The position numbers and the translations under genes were made by a program. Below the pieces are notes generated by a model. That model searched no databases and was not told where the DNA came from. It saw nothing but the letters and a program-made list of their open reading frames with translations. Below are positions 37,093 to 45,723 of a stretch of 64,000 nt of DNA, piece by piece. This DNA comes from a virus (Duplodnaviria; Caudoviricetes): positions 1 to 64,000 of the IMG/VR virus record IMGVR_UViG_3300037067_007554. One strand, written 5' to 3'. How positions within the stretch are numbered: position 1 is the first letter of the stretch; each line of letters opens with the position of its first letter.

Positions 37093-37178
37093 CTTGTGTA
37101 GAGATGCCCACTCCCTGTGGCGGCCGGGGAGAGGGTCTTAGGTCCATGCCGCCAGCCCCCTACACAAGAGGTGTGCCT

Positions 37179-37382
37179 GTGCTACTCAACTGCCCCACAA
37201 CTGCCGTAACCATCATCAACGCATCGCCGTTGCTCAAGACCTGCGATGAGGCCCAGGACCTCTGCGACCAGGTTGCTTCCTGGCTCTCGGGTGGCGAGAG
37301 TTACGACCCGGAGTTCCTTGCGGAGAATCTCACGCAGATCGCCATGGACCTCCGACAGTCGATGCAGGAGGCCGTGGCCTGA
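37179..37382 (+). CDS. hypothetical protein
   Basis: GAGGTGT RBS, GTG start. Confidence 0.6.
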   Translation: MLLNCPTTAVTIINASPLLKTCDEAQDLCDQVASWLSGGESYDPEFLAENLTQIAMDLRQSMQEAVA

Positions 37383-37519
37383 TTGTCGAGGTAGCCCACA
37401 AGACGTAGACTGCGGGGCGAACCTTGCCAGTGTCGTCGCTGGCCGCAGTCCTGTATCCCCATGCCGCCAGGGGGAAGTGGCGGTTCCTACTGAATGCCCT
37501 AGAGGCAGGAGGTATCGCA

Positions 37520-37840
37520 ATGAGTCGTTACCAGATGAGCGATGGGACGGTTGTGGACACCAAGAACGCTACCGCATCGTGGGGTGAATCCACACGATGG
37601 GACGGCCACAACCATATCAGCGTGGCCACCGGGAGCCAGTGGGAGCACCAGACTCTCTACCGCAGCCGCAAGGGCCGGTACTACGTCGAGCACACGAGCC
37701 GGCGGGATGGCTCGACGCCTGGTGCCGAGTGGGTGAGTTTAGAAGAGGCTTGCCGATGGCTGCTGGCCAACGAGCACAGCCCCGAGGATGAAAACTTCCC
37801 CGAGGATCTCAAGGACCACATCGACAAGGTGAGCGAGTAG
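37520..37840 (+). CDS. conserved phage hypothetical protein (W.G.NHIS.ATGSQW.H..LYR family)
   Basis: GGAGGT RBS; recognisable motif. Confidence 0.75.
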   Translation: MSRYQMSDGTVVDTKNATASWGESTRWDGHNHISVATGSQWEHQTLYRSRKGRYYVEHTSRRDGSTPGAEWVSLEEACRWLLANEHSPEDENFPEDLKDHIDKVSE

Positions 37841-38019
37841 ACACCTCCCAGGAATGCCGGCGTACTGCCAGCCGCCGGCCCTCTGGTACATGTCATGCCC
37901 CAGAACGCTCCAGCAACGCCAGGATTGCGTCGGACGCTGGGCTGTCCAAGTAGACTTGTGCCGCCAAGACGCATTCCTGAGCGTCTGGATCAACGCTAGG
38001 GGCGACGTGTGAGAAAAGA

Positions 38020-38325
38020 ATGCCCGATGGGCGACAGACTCGTATCGTCGTGCCGCCAGATTACCTAGAGTCCCTTACTGTGAGGTGTACGATGCTCGGT
38101 TACAGCGTGTGGTGTGCCTCAAGGGCATACCAAGAGGAGTACGACCAGACCAAACGGGTGGCCGCGTTCACGTTCCTGCTGGACGCCGTGGACTATGCCG
38201 CCAGTCTGGCGAGAAACAGCGTCCGCTGCGTGCTGATCGGCCCTTACGGGCTGGCAACTGAGTACGTGAGAGACGAGACCGATGGTTCCGGGTACACCAT
38301 CCGGGACGCCAACGGGCGGAAGTAG
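38020..38325 (+). CDS. hypothetical protein
   Basis: ORF fills the gap in operon orientation. Confidence 0.55.
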   Translation: MPDGRQTRIVVPPDYLESLTVRCTMLGYSVWCASRAYQEEYDQTKRVAAFTFLLDAVDYAASLARNSVRCVLIGPYGLATEYVRDETDGSGYTIRDANGRK

Positions 38326-38348
38326 TGCAGTCAACAGGGGCAGGCAAT

Positions 38349-38408
38349 GTCCTTTCGTGCTCTTTCGTGTCTTTTGCTGTCCTTTCGTGTCTTTTCGTGT
38401 CCTTTGTA
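38349..38408. repeat. six tandem 10-nt units (GTCYTTTCGT consensus)
   Basis: gtcctttcgt gctctttcgt gtcttttgct gtcctttcgt gtcttttcgt gtcctttgta. Confidence 0.85.
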
Positions 38409-38425
38409 CCCCTTGGAGGTGTGTG

Positions 38426-38548
38426 ATGGCTGTCAAACGTAACCTGATTCCCCGTCCGGGTGAGGGCAAGGCGTTCGCCTATGCCTATCAGGCTGGGCGA
38501 GATTCGGTGGCTGAGTGAGCCGACCTGGCCGCCGCCCTCCTGGCCTAA
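38426..38548 (+). CDS. short peptide (30 aa to TGA 38516-38518; 40 aa if read through to TAA)
   Basis: GGAGGTGT RBS; the in-frame continuation ADLAAALLA ends at TAA 38546-38548. Confidence 0.45.
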
Positions 38549-38614
38549 CCCGCCAGAGTGGGCAGCGAGCGGGCCGACTGAGTGCCCGTGGTCCCTTAGA
38601 TGGAGGCGTGGAGG

Positions 38615-38896
38615 ATGACCCCAACCAAAGCTATCGAACACACCGACGACATGATGGGAAAGTTGACGGCCCTGGTCGCCCACCTGCACAACGAAGCCGA
38701 CGAGGTTGCCGAACAGTGGTACGGCCTCGGACAGGCTGGCGGACAACGGGAAGACCATGCCGCCAGCCTGTTGACCAGACTTCGCCCCCACTTGGAGGCA
38801 ATCGAGAGCTTCGCCCATATCTGCGGACAGCAGATTACGGGCTACGTGAAAGACCCGTTCGGCCGACAGGCGGCGATGGAGGCTCCAACCGTCTGA
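38615..38896 (+). CDS. hypothetical protein (helical)
   Basis: GGAGG RBS; followed by a GGGGC-TTCG-GCCCC hairpin. Confidence 0.65.
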   Translation: MTPTKAIEHTDDMMGKLTALVAHLHNEADEVAEQWYGLGQAGGQREDHAASLLTRLRPHLEAIESFAHICGQQITGYVKDPFGRQAAMEAPTV

Positions 38897-39003
38897 CCCC
38901 CAGGGGCTTCGGCCCCGCTTCTACCCTCCTGCTGGGAGGGTGCAAGCGGCGTCAAAGTCCGGTTTTTCGACGAATCACGGCCCCTTGCAAAGGAGGTGTA
39001 CCC

Positions 39004-39372
39004 TTGTCGCACATCGTCAGTATCAAGACCGAGGTCCGCGACCTGGCCGCCCTCATGGCTGCCTGTCAACGCCTCAAGTTACCCGCCCCCGTGGTCGGAG
39101 AGCACAAGCTGTTCTCTGGCACCAAGACGGGGGCAGCCGTCCAGTTGCCCGACTGGCAGTATCCCGTGGTCACCGACCTCGGAACCGGGGAGTTGTCCTA
39201 CGACAACTTCAACGGTCACTGGGGAGATCAGAAGCACCTGGACGCCCTAAAGCAAGCCTACGCCGTGGCCAAGGCCACCATCGAGGCCCGCAAGCATGGG
39301 CATCGGGTGAGCGAAGTCAAGCAAGCGGACGGCAGTGTCAAACTGACCATCCAGGTAGGAGGTGTGGCATGA
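39004..39372 (+). CDS. DUF1257-family protein
   Basis: MSHIVSIKTEVRD..LFSG..VQLPDWQYPVV..YDNFNGHWG; TTG start with GGAGGTGT RBS. Confidence 0.8.
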   Translation: MSHIVSIKTEVRDLAALMAACQRLKLPAPVVGEHKLFSGTKTGAAVQLPDWQYPVVTDLGTGELSYDNFNGHWGDQKHLDALKQAYAVAKATIEARKHGHRVSEVKQADGSVKLTIQVGGVA

Positions 39373-39560
39373 GAACCATCGAAGTCCTAGTCAGCCCCAC
39401 GGGCGAAGTCGTCGTCACCACCAAGGGTTTCAAGGGCAAGTCCTGTCAGGACGCTAGCCGCCAGCTTGAGAAGGCCCTGGGCGTTCGGCAGAGCGAGAAG
39501 CTGACGACAGAGTACCACTGTGCCGCCAGCAGCACAACGCAGCAGGAGGCCCGGCAGTGA
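39369..39560 (+). CDS. DUF2997-family protein
   Basis: IEVLVSPTGEV...GFKGKSCQDAS..LEKALG..T.EY. Confidence 0.8.
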   Translation: MRTIEVLVSPTGEVVVTTKGFKGKSCQDASRQLEKALGVRQSEKLTTEYHCAASSTTQQEARQ

Positions 39561-39799
39561 ACGTCATCATCGACCAGCAGGGCAACCTGCGAACGATCTA
39601 CAACGAGGCCCTGGACCTGTCCGCCTGTGGAGAGGTGACTATCACCCGTGCCTCAAACGTGGAGTGGAGTCCTGGCATCGGATGGCACGCCTACATGGGC
39701 GAGCCTTTCAACATGGACGGCCCCGTCCTCGGCCCCTTCGCCAAGCGTAGCGAGGCGTTGGCGGCTGAGGTGGCGTTCATCGAGGAAAACGTGCTTTGA
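39557..39799 (+). CDS. conserved protein of the DUF1257/DUF2997 module
   Basis: IYNEALDL..ITRASNVE..GPVLGPF..RSEALAAEV. Confidence 0.75.
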   Translation: MNVIIDQQGNLRTIYNEALDLSACGEVTITRASNVEWSPGIGWHAYMGEPFNMDGPVLGPFAKRSEALAAEVAFIEENVL

Positions 39800-39873
39800 C
39801 AGTCACCAGACAGCCAGGGGTACGCCTGCTGTCCGTCCGGTCACTATCGAGTCCCCTTACGTGGAGGTGTGCC

Positions 39874-41349
39874 ATGCTTGGAGACGTGTTAGGGCAATAC
39901 CTCGATGCCTGTTTTTCTGGAGTCTACGTCCAGTCGGCGGAGCACGAGGACGCGATCAGCGAGGTATCGGCCCTATGTCGATGCCGCCAGTGGCAATTGG
40001 CCGTGTGGGACATGGCCGGCGGCTTGCAGATGAACGGGCAGAGCAACCCGGACATGAAAGACCCGCTAGCTGTCCTGGCAAGCCTGCCTGCGATGGCACC
40101 GAACGGTGAAGGGTCCGCCGTCATGCTCCTCCGCAACTTTCATGCGTTCATGGACAACCCAGAGATCGTGGCAGAGATGTGCCGCCAGATCGAGGCCGGC
40201 AAGGTACGGCGTACCTTCATCGTGGTCCTGTCGCCAGTGGTCAAGATCCCAGTGGAGTTGGAGAAACACTTCGTCGTGCTGGAGCACGAGTTGCCAGGAC
40301 GAACAGAGCTTGAAGCCGTCGCCCGTGGCATCGCCACCCGAGAGGGCGAGATGCCCGAGGGTTCCGACCTGGACAAGTTGCTCGATGCCTCCGCTGGCCT
40401 GACCCGGATGGAAGCCGAGGGGGCGTTCTCGCTGAGTCTGGTACGGGATGGCAAGCTCCATCCGGAGAGCGTGTGGGAACTGAAATCAGGAATGCTCAAG
40501 AAGACTGGTTGCCTGTCGCTGTACCACGGTACGGAGAGTTTCTCCGAGTTGGGAGGACTGGACAACCTGAAGGCTTTTACCTTCCGCGCGATTACCAGAA
40601 GCAAGGAAAAGGTACGCCCCAAGGGCGTCATGCTGCTGGGAGTGTACGGAACCGGCAAGTCGGCTTTTGCCAAGGCACTCGGTGCCGAAGTCGGCAGGCC
40701 AACCCTGGTCCTCACAAGCGAGCAAATCAAGACCTCGGCCTATGGCAAGAGCGAGGAGTTGATGGCCAAGTCCCTGAAGATTGCAGACATGATGGCCCCC
40801 TGCATCCTGTTTGTTGACGAGATTGAGGGACTTCTGGCTGGAGTGAACAAGGCTGGTGACCCTGGCGTAAGCAAGTCAATCGGAAAGGTGTTCTCAATCT
40901 GGTTGACTGACCACACCTCGGACGTTTTCGTCGTCGCCACCAGCAACGACATTTCCGACCTGCCAGGAGAGTTCACCCGTGCTGGTCGATTCGATGCCGT
41001 GTTCTTCGTGGACACGCCAGGCCGTGACCAGCGTGACATGATTTGGAAGATTCACGAGAAGAAGTACGGCATCGAGCCACAGGATCGCCCGGATGATACA
41101 AACTGGACTGGGGCGGAAATTGAGAGTGCCTGTCGGCTGAGTGCCTTGCTGGACGTTCCCTTGGTGGCGGCGGCAGACAACGTGGTGCCTGTGGTTGTAA
41201 CGCAGGCAGAGAAGATTGAGGCCATGAGGCAGTTTGCCGCAGGGCGTTGTCTGAATGCCGAGGCTACGGGTCGCTATCAGCGGGATGGCCAGCCAGTGGC
41301 TCGCCGCAACATCGAACGTGGTCCCACCACACAGCCGAGTACCAACTGA
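39874..41349 (+). CDS. Ycf46-like AAA+ ATPase
   Basis: Degenerate N-terminal AAA domain (LLRNFH); Walker A GVYGTGKS, Walker B ILFVDEIE, VATSND, SRH RAGRFD. Confidence 0.85.
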   Translation: MLGDVLGQYLDACFSGVYVQSAEHEDAISEVSALCRCRQWQLAVWDMAGGLQMNGQSNPDMKDPLAVLASLPAMAPNGEGSAVMLLRNFHAFMDNPEIVAEMCRQIEAGKVRRTFIVVLSPVVKIPVELEKHFVVLEHELPGRTELEAVARGIATREGEMPEGSDLDKLLDASAGLTRMEAEGAFSLSLVRDGKLHPESVWELKSGMLKKTGCLSLYHGTESFSELGGLDNLKAFTFRAITRSKEKVRPKGVMLLGVYGTGKSAFAKALGAEVGRPTLVLTSEQIKTSAYGKSEELMAKSLKIADMMAPCILFVDEIEGLLAGVNKAGDPGVSKSIGKVFSIWLTDHTSDVFVVATSNDISDLPGEFTRAGRFDAVFFVDTPGRDQRDMIWKIHEKKYGIEPQDRPDDTNWTGAEIESACRLSALLDVPLVAAADNVVPVVVTQAEKIEAMRQFAAGRCLNAEATGRYQRDGQPVARRNIERGPTTQPSTN

Positions 41350-41361
41350 GGAGAAAAACCC

Positions 41362-41389
41362 TTTACAAGTGCAGCGGTTATGGTAGAAT
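41362..41389 (+). promoter_or_regulatory. sigma70-like promoter for the HNH gene
   Basis: TTTACA-16 nt-TAGAAT with a TG extended -10. Confidence 0.65.
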
Positions 41390-41451
41390 GCGAGCGGCCC
41401 AGTTGGAGCTGGGCCGCTCTGAACACAAGCAACCTATGAAGGAGGTCGCTC

Positions 41452-42204
41452 ATGTCTGATGATGATTCTACCATCCCCCGTGGCTTCTGCCAGTGTGGCT
41501 GTGGACAAAGGACCAACCTGTACAAATCCACACGATGTCAACTCGGCCAGTTCAAGGGAGAGCCCCGCCCCTATATGCGGGGGCACCACAACCGAGCCCG
41601 AAAGCAAACACAGCAAATCGGATTTGAAGAGGGACTCCGGCGTGGTGCAGAAATGCCCCCTCTGCCAAATGTCACTGGAGTTGAGATTAGGCCCATCCCG
41701 GAATTTCCGGGGTACGCCATTGGTGACGATGGCACCGTATGGGGATGCCGCCACGCCTGGGGATTTCACAACTGCTGGCACTGCTTAGTCCCCTATTGGT
41801 ATGGTCGTCACAACAAGGTTAAGTATCTCGTCGTTGGTCTGCGTGCAACTGGAGCGAAGAAAAGAAAGAGGACGCTTGTGCACATCCTCGTCTTGTCAGT
41901 CTTTCGCGGACCGAAGCCCACTGGACAAGAAACCCGCCATTTGGATGGACACCCTGACAACAACAGGCTCAGTAACCTTGTCTGGGGAACGTCCCTGGAT
42001 AATACCGCAGACAAGATCAAGCACGGTCACGACTATTTCAAACCAGGTCAAGACCATCCCCAAGCGAAACTGACCACAGAGGCCGTTCTGGCCATCCGAA
42101 GTGACAGCCAAGCGAACTACAACGAGCTAGCCCTCAAATACGGGGTCTCGCCGTCACTGATTAGCCTTGTAAAGAAACGGAGGGCATGGAAGCATTTGCC
42201 GTGA
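41452..42204 (+). CDS. HNH homing endonuclease (NUMOD4-like + HNH + DNA-binding tail)
   Basis: CQCGCG, IPEFPGYAIGDDG, VHILVLSVF, RHLDGHPDNNRLSNLVWGT..N, AKLT. Confidence 0.9.
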   Translation: MSDDDSTIPRGFCQCGCGQRTNLYKSTRCQLGQFKGEPRPYMRGHHNRARKQTQQIGFEEGLRRGAEMPPLPNVTGVEIRPIPEFPGYAIGDDGTVWGCRHAWGFHNCWHCLVPYWYGRHNKVKYLVVGLRATGAKKRKRTLVHILVLSVFRGPKPTGQETRHLDGHPDNNRLSNLVWGTSLDNTADKIKHGHDYFKPGQDHPQAKLTTEAVLAIRSDSQANYNELALKYGVSPSLISLVKKRRAWKHLP

Positions 42205-42307
42205 ACTAGGTCGGGTGACACGACCCGAGCCCGAGTCCTCTGGATGGCCAGAGGGCCGGCACCCTGGCCGTTTGACCTGGGAACCCTAACCCTTTTGGAG
42301 GTGTACC

Positions 42308-43246
42308 ATGAGCGAGTTCGTCAATGCGTCAGACCGTGCCACCAGCCCCCGTGAGCGGCTGGAAGTCGAGTTCCTCGCAACCCGTGTGTCCTTCACTTGG
42401 CTGGGCGTTCGCCGGGCATTGGACCGGGAGCAAACAGCCCAGGCGGCCGAGTCCTTCGGCGCCGAGGGGCAGTTTTTGTCGGCAGCAAAAAAGCTGCTGG
42501 ACACGAAGCACCCGGCGTACAAAGCCGTGAGCAAGGTCAAGAGCCAGGCGGGAGGCTTTTGGAAGGGGATGAGCCTGCCCTTCCCGGAGCCCGGTCTGCG
42601 GCTGATCCGGCAGGAGGATCTGGACGGGTTCGAGTCTCGGATGGCCGGCTTCCGCCAGGCCCTCAACACGAACGTCGAAGCCCTTGACCAGGTGTTCTGG
42701 GAGTTGAAGGACAACGCCCGGCAGAAGTCGGGCCGCCTCTACAACTCCAGCGATCTGCCGGACAGCGTGCTCGGTGCCTTCTCCATCGACTGGAGCCTTG
42801 AGAACGTCGCCCCCCCGGACTATCTTCTGACTCTGCGGCCGGACCTGTACGAGCGGGAAGCCGCCCGGATTCGTGGCCAGTTCGAGCAGGCGGTAGTCCT
42901 GGCAGAGCAAGGATTCATCGCCGAGTTTCGCAAGCTGGTCGCCCACCTGACGGAGATGCTGACCGACAGCCCGGACGGCAAGCCCCGGCAATTCAAGAGC
43001 GCCTCGGTGGACAACCTCAAGGAGTTCTTCGAGCAGTTCAAGCGGCTGAGCGTGAGCGACAACGCCGACCTGGCGGAGTTGGTCGGCAAGGCCCAGAACC
43101 TCGTCAACGGGGTCAGTGCCGAGGCGTTGACCAACTACGACGTGCTCCGCCAGTTCGTCGGCGGCGAGATGGGCAAGGTACAGCAGAGTCTTGACAGCAT
43201 GATCGTTGACCGCCCCCGTCGCAACATCGTTAGAAAGGCACGGTGA
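42308..43246 (+). CDS. DUF3150-like coiled-coil protein
   Basis: RVSFTWLGVRR..SAAKKLLD..LPFPEPGLRL; GGAGGTGT RBS; known partner type of the Ycf46 module (recalled). Confidence 0.65.
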   Translation: MSEFVNASDRATSPRERLEVEFLATRVSFTWLGVRRALDREQTAQAAESFGAEGQFLSAAKKLLDTKHPAYKAVSKVKSQAGGFWKGMSLPFPEPGLRLIRQEDLDGFESRMAGFRQALNTNVEALDQVFWELKDNARQKSGRLYNSSDLPDSVLGAFSIDWSLENVAPPDYLLTLRPDLYEREAARIRGQFEQAVVLAEQGFIAEFRKLVAHLTEMLTDSPDGKPRQFKSASVDNLKEFFEQFKRLSVSDNADLAELVGKAQNLVNGVSAEALTNYDVLRQFVGGEMGKVQQSLDSMIVDRPRRNIVRKAR

Positions 43247-43250
43247 GCCC

Positions 43251-43334
43251 ATGAAACGCCTTACTCTCCACGTAGCGATGCTTGCCGTCCTCGTCGGCGT
43301 GCTGTACCTGCACTGGATTGCGATGGTGCGGTGA
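43251..43334 (+). CDS. 27-aa single-TM peptide
   Basis: MKRLTLHVAMLAVLVGVLYLHWIAMVR directly after the upstream stop. Confidence 0.45.
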   Translation: MKRLTLHVAMLAVLVGVLYLHWIAMVR

Positions 43335-43448
43335 CTTCCTACGCCTCCGTGGGAGAAGCACGGGGGCGAAATGAGTTCACCCTCAAACACACCTCCCCAG
43401 TCTGCCGTCCCTGGGTCAACAAAGGGCGGCAGGAAAGGAAAGAACGAC

Positions 43449-43817
43449 ATGGGATTAGACCTTACTGTGTGCCCCGTCAGCTATTTCAAGCAAGACTCAT
43501 GGCTGTGCTATGACCGTCTCGGCCTCAACCGCAACTACGAACTCTTCGCACAAATTGACGAGGAGAAATCCCGTATGCCCGCCATCGAAGCGGTGTGCGA
43601 TCCCAAGGATATTCCCCAGGGTAAGCGTGTCCACTGGTATGGAGACGATGGGCTAAAAACCATTACGGAAGACCCCTACGGATGCGGACTGACCTACGTG
43701 GACGCCCGTGAGTTTGCCAACGTCGAGCCCGGAGAGACAGGCGACTGGAACAAGGCCGTGCTTGCATTCCTCAAGGCCCTGCCGCCAGAGACGCCGATTG
43801 TGCTCTGGTGGCACTAG
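43449..43817 (+). CDS. conserved phage hypothetical protein (MGLDL..IVLWWH)
   Basis: AAGGA RBS; family-like termini. Confidence 0.7.
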   Translation: MGLDLTVCPVSYFKQDSWLCYDRLGLNRNYELFAQIDEEKSRMPAIEAVCDPKDIPQGKRVHWYGDDGLKTITEDPYGCGLTYVDAREFANVEPGETGDWNKAVLAFLKALPPETPIVLWWH

Positions 43818-44018
43818 ATACACACCTCCGGCTCCCGTGGGGACGGGGGCCAGCCCAGCGTCTTCGACGGCGAGGACGCTGGCCCGGCAAACCGTCCTGC
43901 CTTGAAACTGGACTTCCTCAAGATGAACCACCTCAATAGAATGCGTTTGCGTGCTTTGCGCCGCAGTGTGCCAGCGGGGGGAGCTGCCGACAACGGCTAT
44001 GATCCCCGCTGGCCTCTA

Positions 44019-44047
44019 TTGACATACCGCCAGCATTTGACTAGGCT
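44019..44047 (+). promoter_or_regulatory. sigma70-like promoter
   Basis: TTGACA-17 nt-TAGGCT. Confidence 0.6.
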
Positions 44048-44054
44048 TATCAAC

Positions 44055-44490
44055 GGTGTTGGGTTGTCGGCCCAGCACCCAAGAACCTCTGAAGGTGCAA
44101 AGCAACAATGCCAACAGCAACGCCACAAGGTTTCAGGCCAGCCCGTTATCCCGTGTGCCGTCAGGCACCAAAAAGGGCGCTGCCCGTTGAGTCGGGAAAA
44201 GGCGATGCCGCCAGTAAGGTTGCTGAGGACGTGCCCCCATCGGCACGGTGGCAAAGTGGGGTATCCAGCCCCCGAGGAAAGCCCGGCAACGGCACCGGGC
44301 AGGCCGACCGACGCTCACACAAAATCCCGGCAACGCTGGCCCAATTGCGCCCGGGTGCTCATGCTGCTCTCAAAGGCAGTCCCAGAACGTCGGATCGGCA
44401 CAGCCCAGTCAGCCAACATACTGACTGCCAATAGCTTCTCTCAGAGGCAAAATCAAGGCGCCCGCCCCCATGAGCGGAAAGGGGGCCGGT
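44055..44490 (+). ncRNA. candidate large structured RNA
   Basis: Starts at the predicted TSS with a 9-bp hairpin GGTGTTGGG/CCCAGCACC; long-range CCTCTGA (44086)/TCAGAGG (44441); several internal stems; no credible ORF. Confidence 0.4.
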
Positions 44491-44536
44491 CTACTCTTCT
44501 ATCAGCAACCACGACCCTAACCCGTGAGGTGAGAGA

Positions 44537-44779
44537 GTGACGAAGACTCAAGCAATGAAGAAGATTCGGAGCATGATGAAGCCGACCCGCGAGGCCATCC
44601 TGAAAGAAGCCGAACGCCTGCTATCCAGTGGGGCTATCGACGTGGAACGGGCAGACAATGACTACCGCCTGCCCGAACTGGTGCTGTGCGTTGCCCTGCA
44701 CAATGCGGCTTTTGACTGGGAACCGCCTTATGCCACGAAGGAAGACAAGCGGCTGATGAAGAACCTGTATCGGTTCTAA
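44537..44779 (+). CDS. hypothetical protein
   Basis: GAGGTGA RBS, GTG start. Confidence 0.7.
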   Translation: MTKTQAMKKIRSMMKPTREAILKEAERLLSSGAIDVERADNDYRLPELVLCVALHNAAFDWEPPYATKEDKRLMKNLYRF

Positions 44780-44879
44780 CGTAGCCCCTGACCCGGCCTC
44801 TCGCTGACAGCGATATGCCGCCAGCGAGTGAGCGGGCCAGTGTCCGTAACTTGCAACCCCTGGATTCGGAGGTGTGAAC

Positions 44880-45392
44880 GTGAGTTGCTTCGAGGTTGGA
44901 TCAACACATATTGACGCCCTGCTGACTGCCGGGCTGAACGTCGGCCGTTACGGCCCCCTACGATGGTACGTTCCAAGCGACGACACGGAGGGCGACTATG
45001 AGCAAGGCGAGCCCTGGGGACCGGAGGCAATCAAGCACTACCAGCAACGGCGACGTGAGTTGACGGAGGAGACGGCCGGCATGGTAGGTGCCATGCTGGT
45101 TGCGGAGAACCGCCGCAGTGTTGATTACCGCTACGATGAGGCCGAGGAAGAGGAGCCCTACGTGTTCAACGCACTCCAAGGGCGCCCCGATCCCGTGGTT
45201 GTGCTGAAAGCAATCGCCTGCTATGAGTACCAGGCGTGCGAGACGCCGGACTGGGAGGAGTCCGAGGCGTATGCGTTCTGCCAGGCCCTCCGGCATCGCA
45301 TGATCGGTGCCCTGCCGGGCTACGATGATGCCGATGGCTGGGAGGTCTCCGACCGGAGGGTGTTCCTGAAACAGGTCGGCGTTGTCCACTAG
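44880..45392 (+). CDS. conserved phage hypothetical protein (HIDALL..ENRRSVDYRY..LKAIACYEYQACE family)
   Basis: GGAGGTGT RBS; recognisable motif. Confidence 0.75.
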   Translation: MSCFEVGSTHIDALLTAGLNVGRYGPLRWYVPSDDTEGDYEQGEPWGPEAIKHYQQRRRELTEETAGMVGAMLVAENRRSVDYRYDEAEEEEPYVFNALQGRPDPVVVLKAIACYEYQACETPDWEESEAYAFCQALRHRMIGALPGYDDADGWEVSDRRVFLKQVGVVH

Positions 45393-45480
45393 CCGATGGC
45401 TCGACACGCCCCCTCATCGCCCAGTCTATCGAGGCTGGGCGAGGATGGTGTTTGTCCGCTAGCCCTTAGAGAGGTGCAAG

Positions 45481-45693
45481 ATGACTATTGAAATTATCCG
45501 ACGTTACATCGAGGGGTCGTGCCAACAACAAGACGGCACCCTTGATACCGATGCCGCCAACAAGACACTTTGCCGGCTGACCCGAGCAGGTGACGAGGAA
45601 ACCCGTCATGCTGCCGGCCTGATGTGGTCCGCCTACTTAGCGTCAGACCTGTCAGAGCACGACGCCATGCTCCAGGTCATTCACGGAGTCTAG
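45481..45693 (+). CDS. hypothetical protein
   Basis: GAGGTG RBS. Confidence 0.65.
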   Translation: MTIEIIRRYIEGSCQQQDGTLDTDAANKTLCRLTRAGDEETRHAAGLMWSAYLASDLSEHDAMLQVIHGV

Positions 45694-45723
45694 CGTTTAC
45701 CCCATGTCCCTTAGAAGTGTCCC

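Noticed and set aside
38515-39003. First 163 codons of the 285-aa ORF 38515-39372
   Set aside because: Overlaps the better-supported 38615 gene; the DUF1257 domain starts at TTG 39004 with its own strong RBS.
42329-43450. 373-aa minus-strand ORF
   Set aside because: Antisense shadow of the DUF3150-like gene in a GC-rich region.
44081-44452. Glycine-riboswitch-like (GAACCTCTG, GAAGGTGCAA, CTCTCAG) and RNase P-like (GAGGAAAG) word matches
   Set aside because: The fragments are not in the required spacing or architecture (no GGAGAG/P2-P3 aptamer core, no RNase P P4 partner); insufficient without a covariance-model score.
43902-44540. 212-aa and 108-aa ORFs across the non-coding island
   Set aside because: No RBS, low-information R/P/A/S composition, and an internal sigma70 promoter and hairpins argue for non-coding function.
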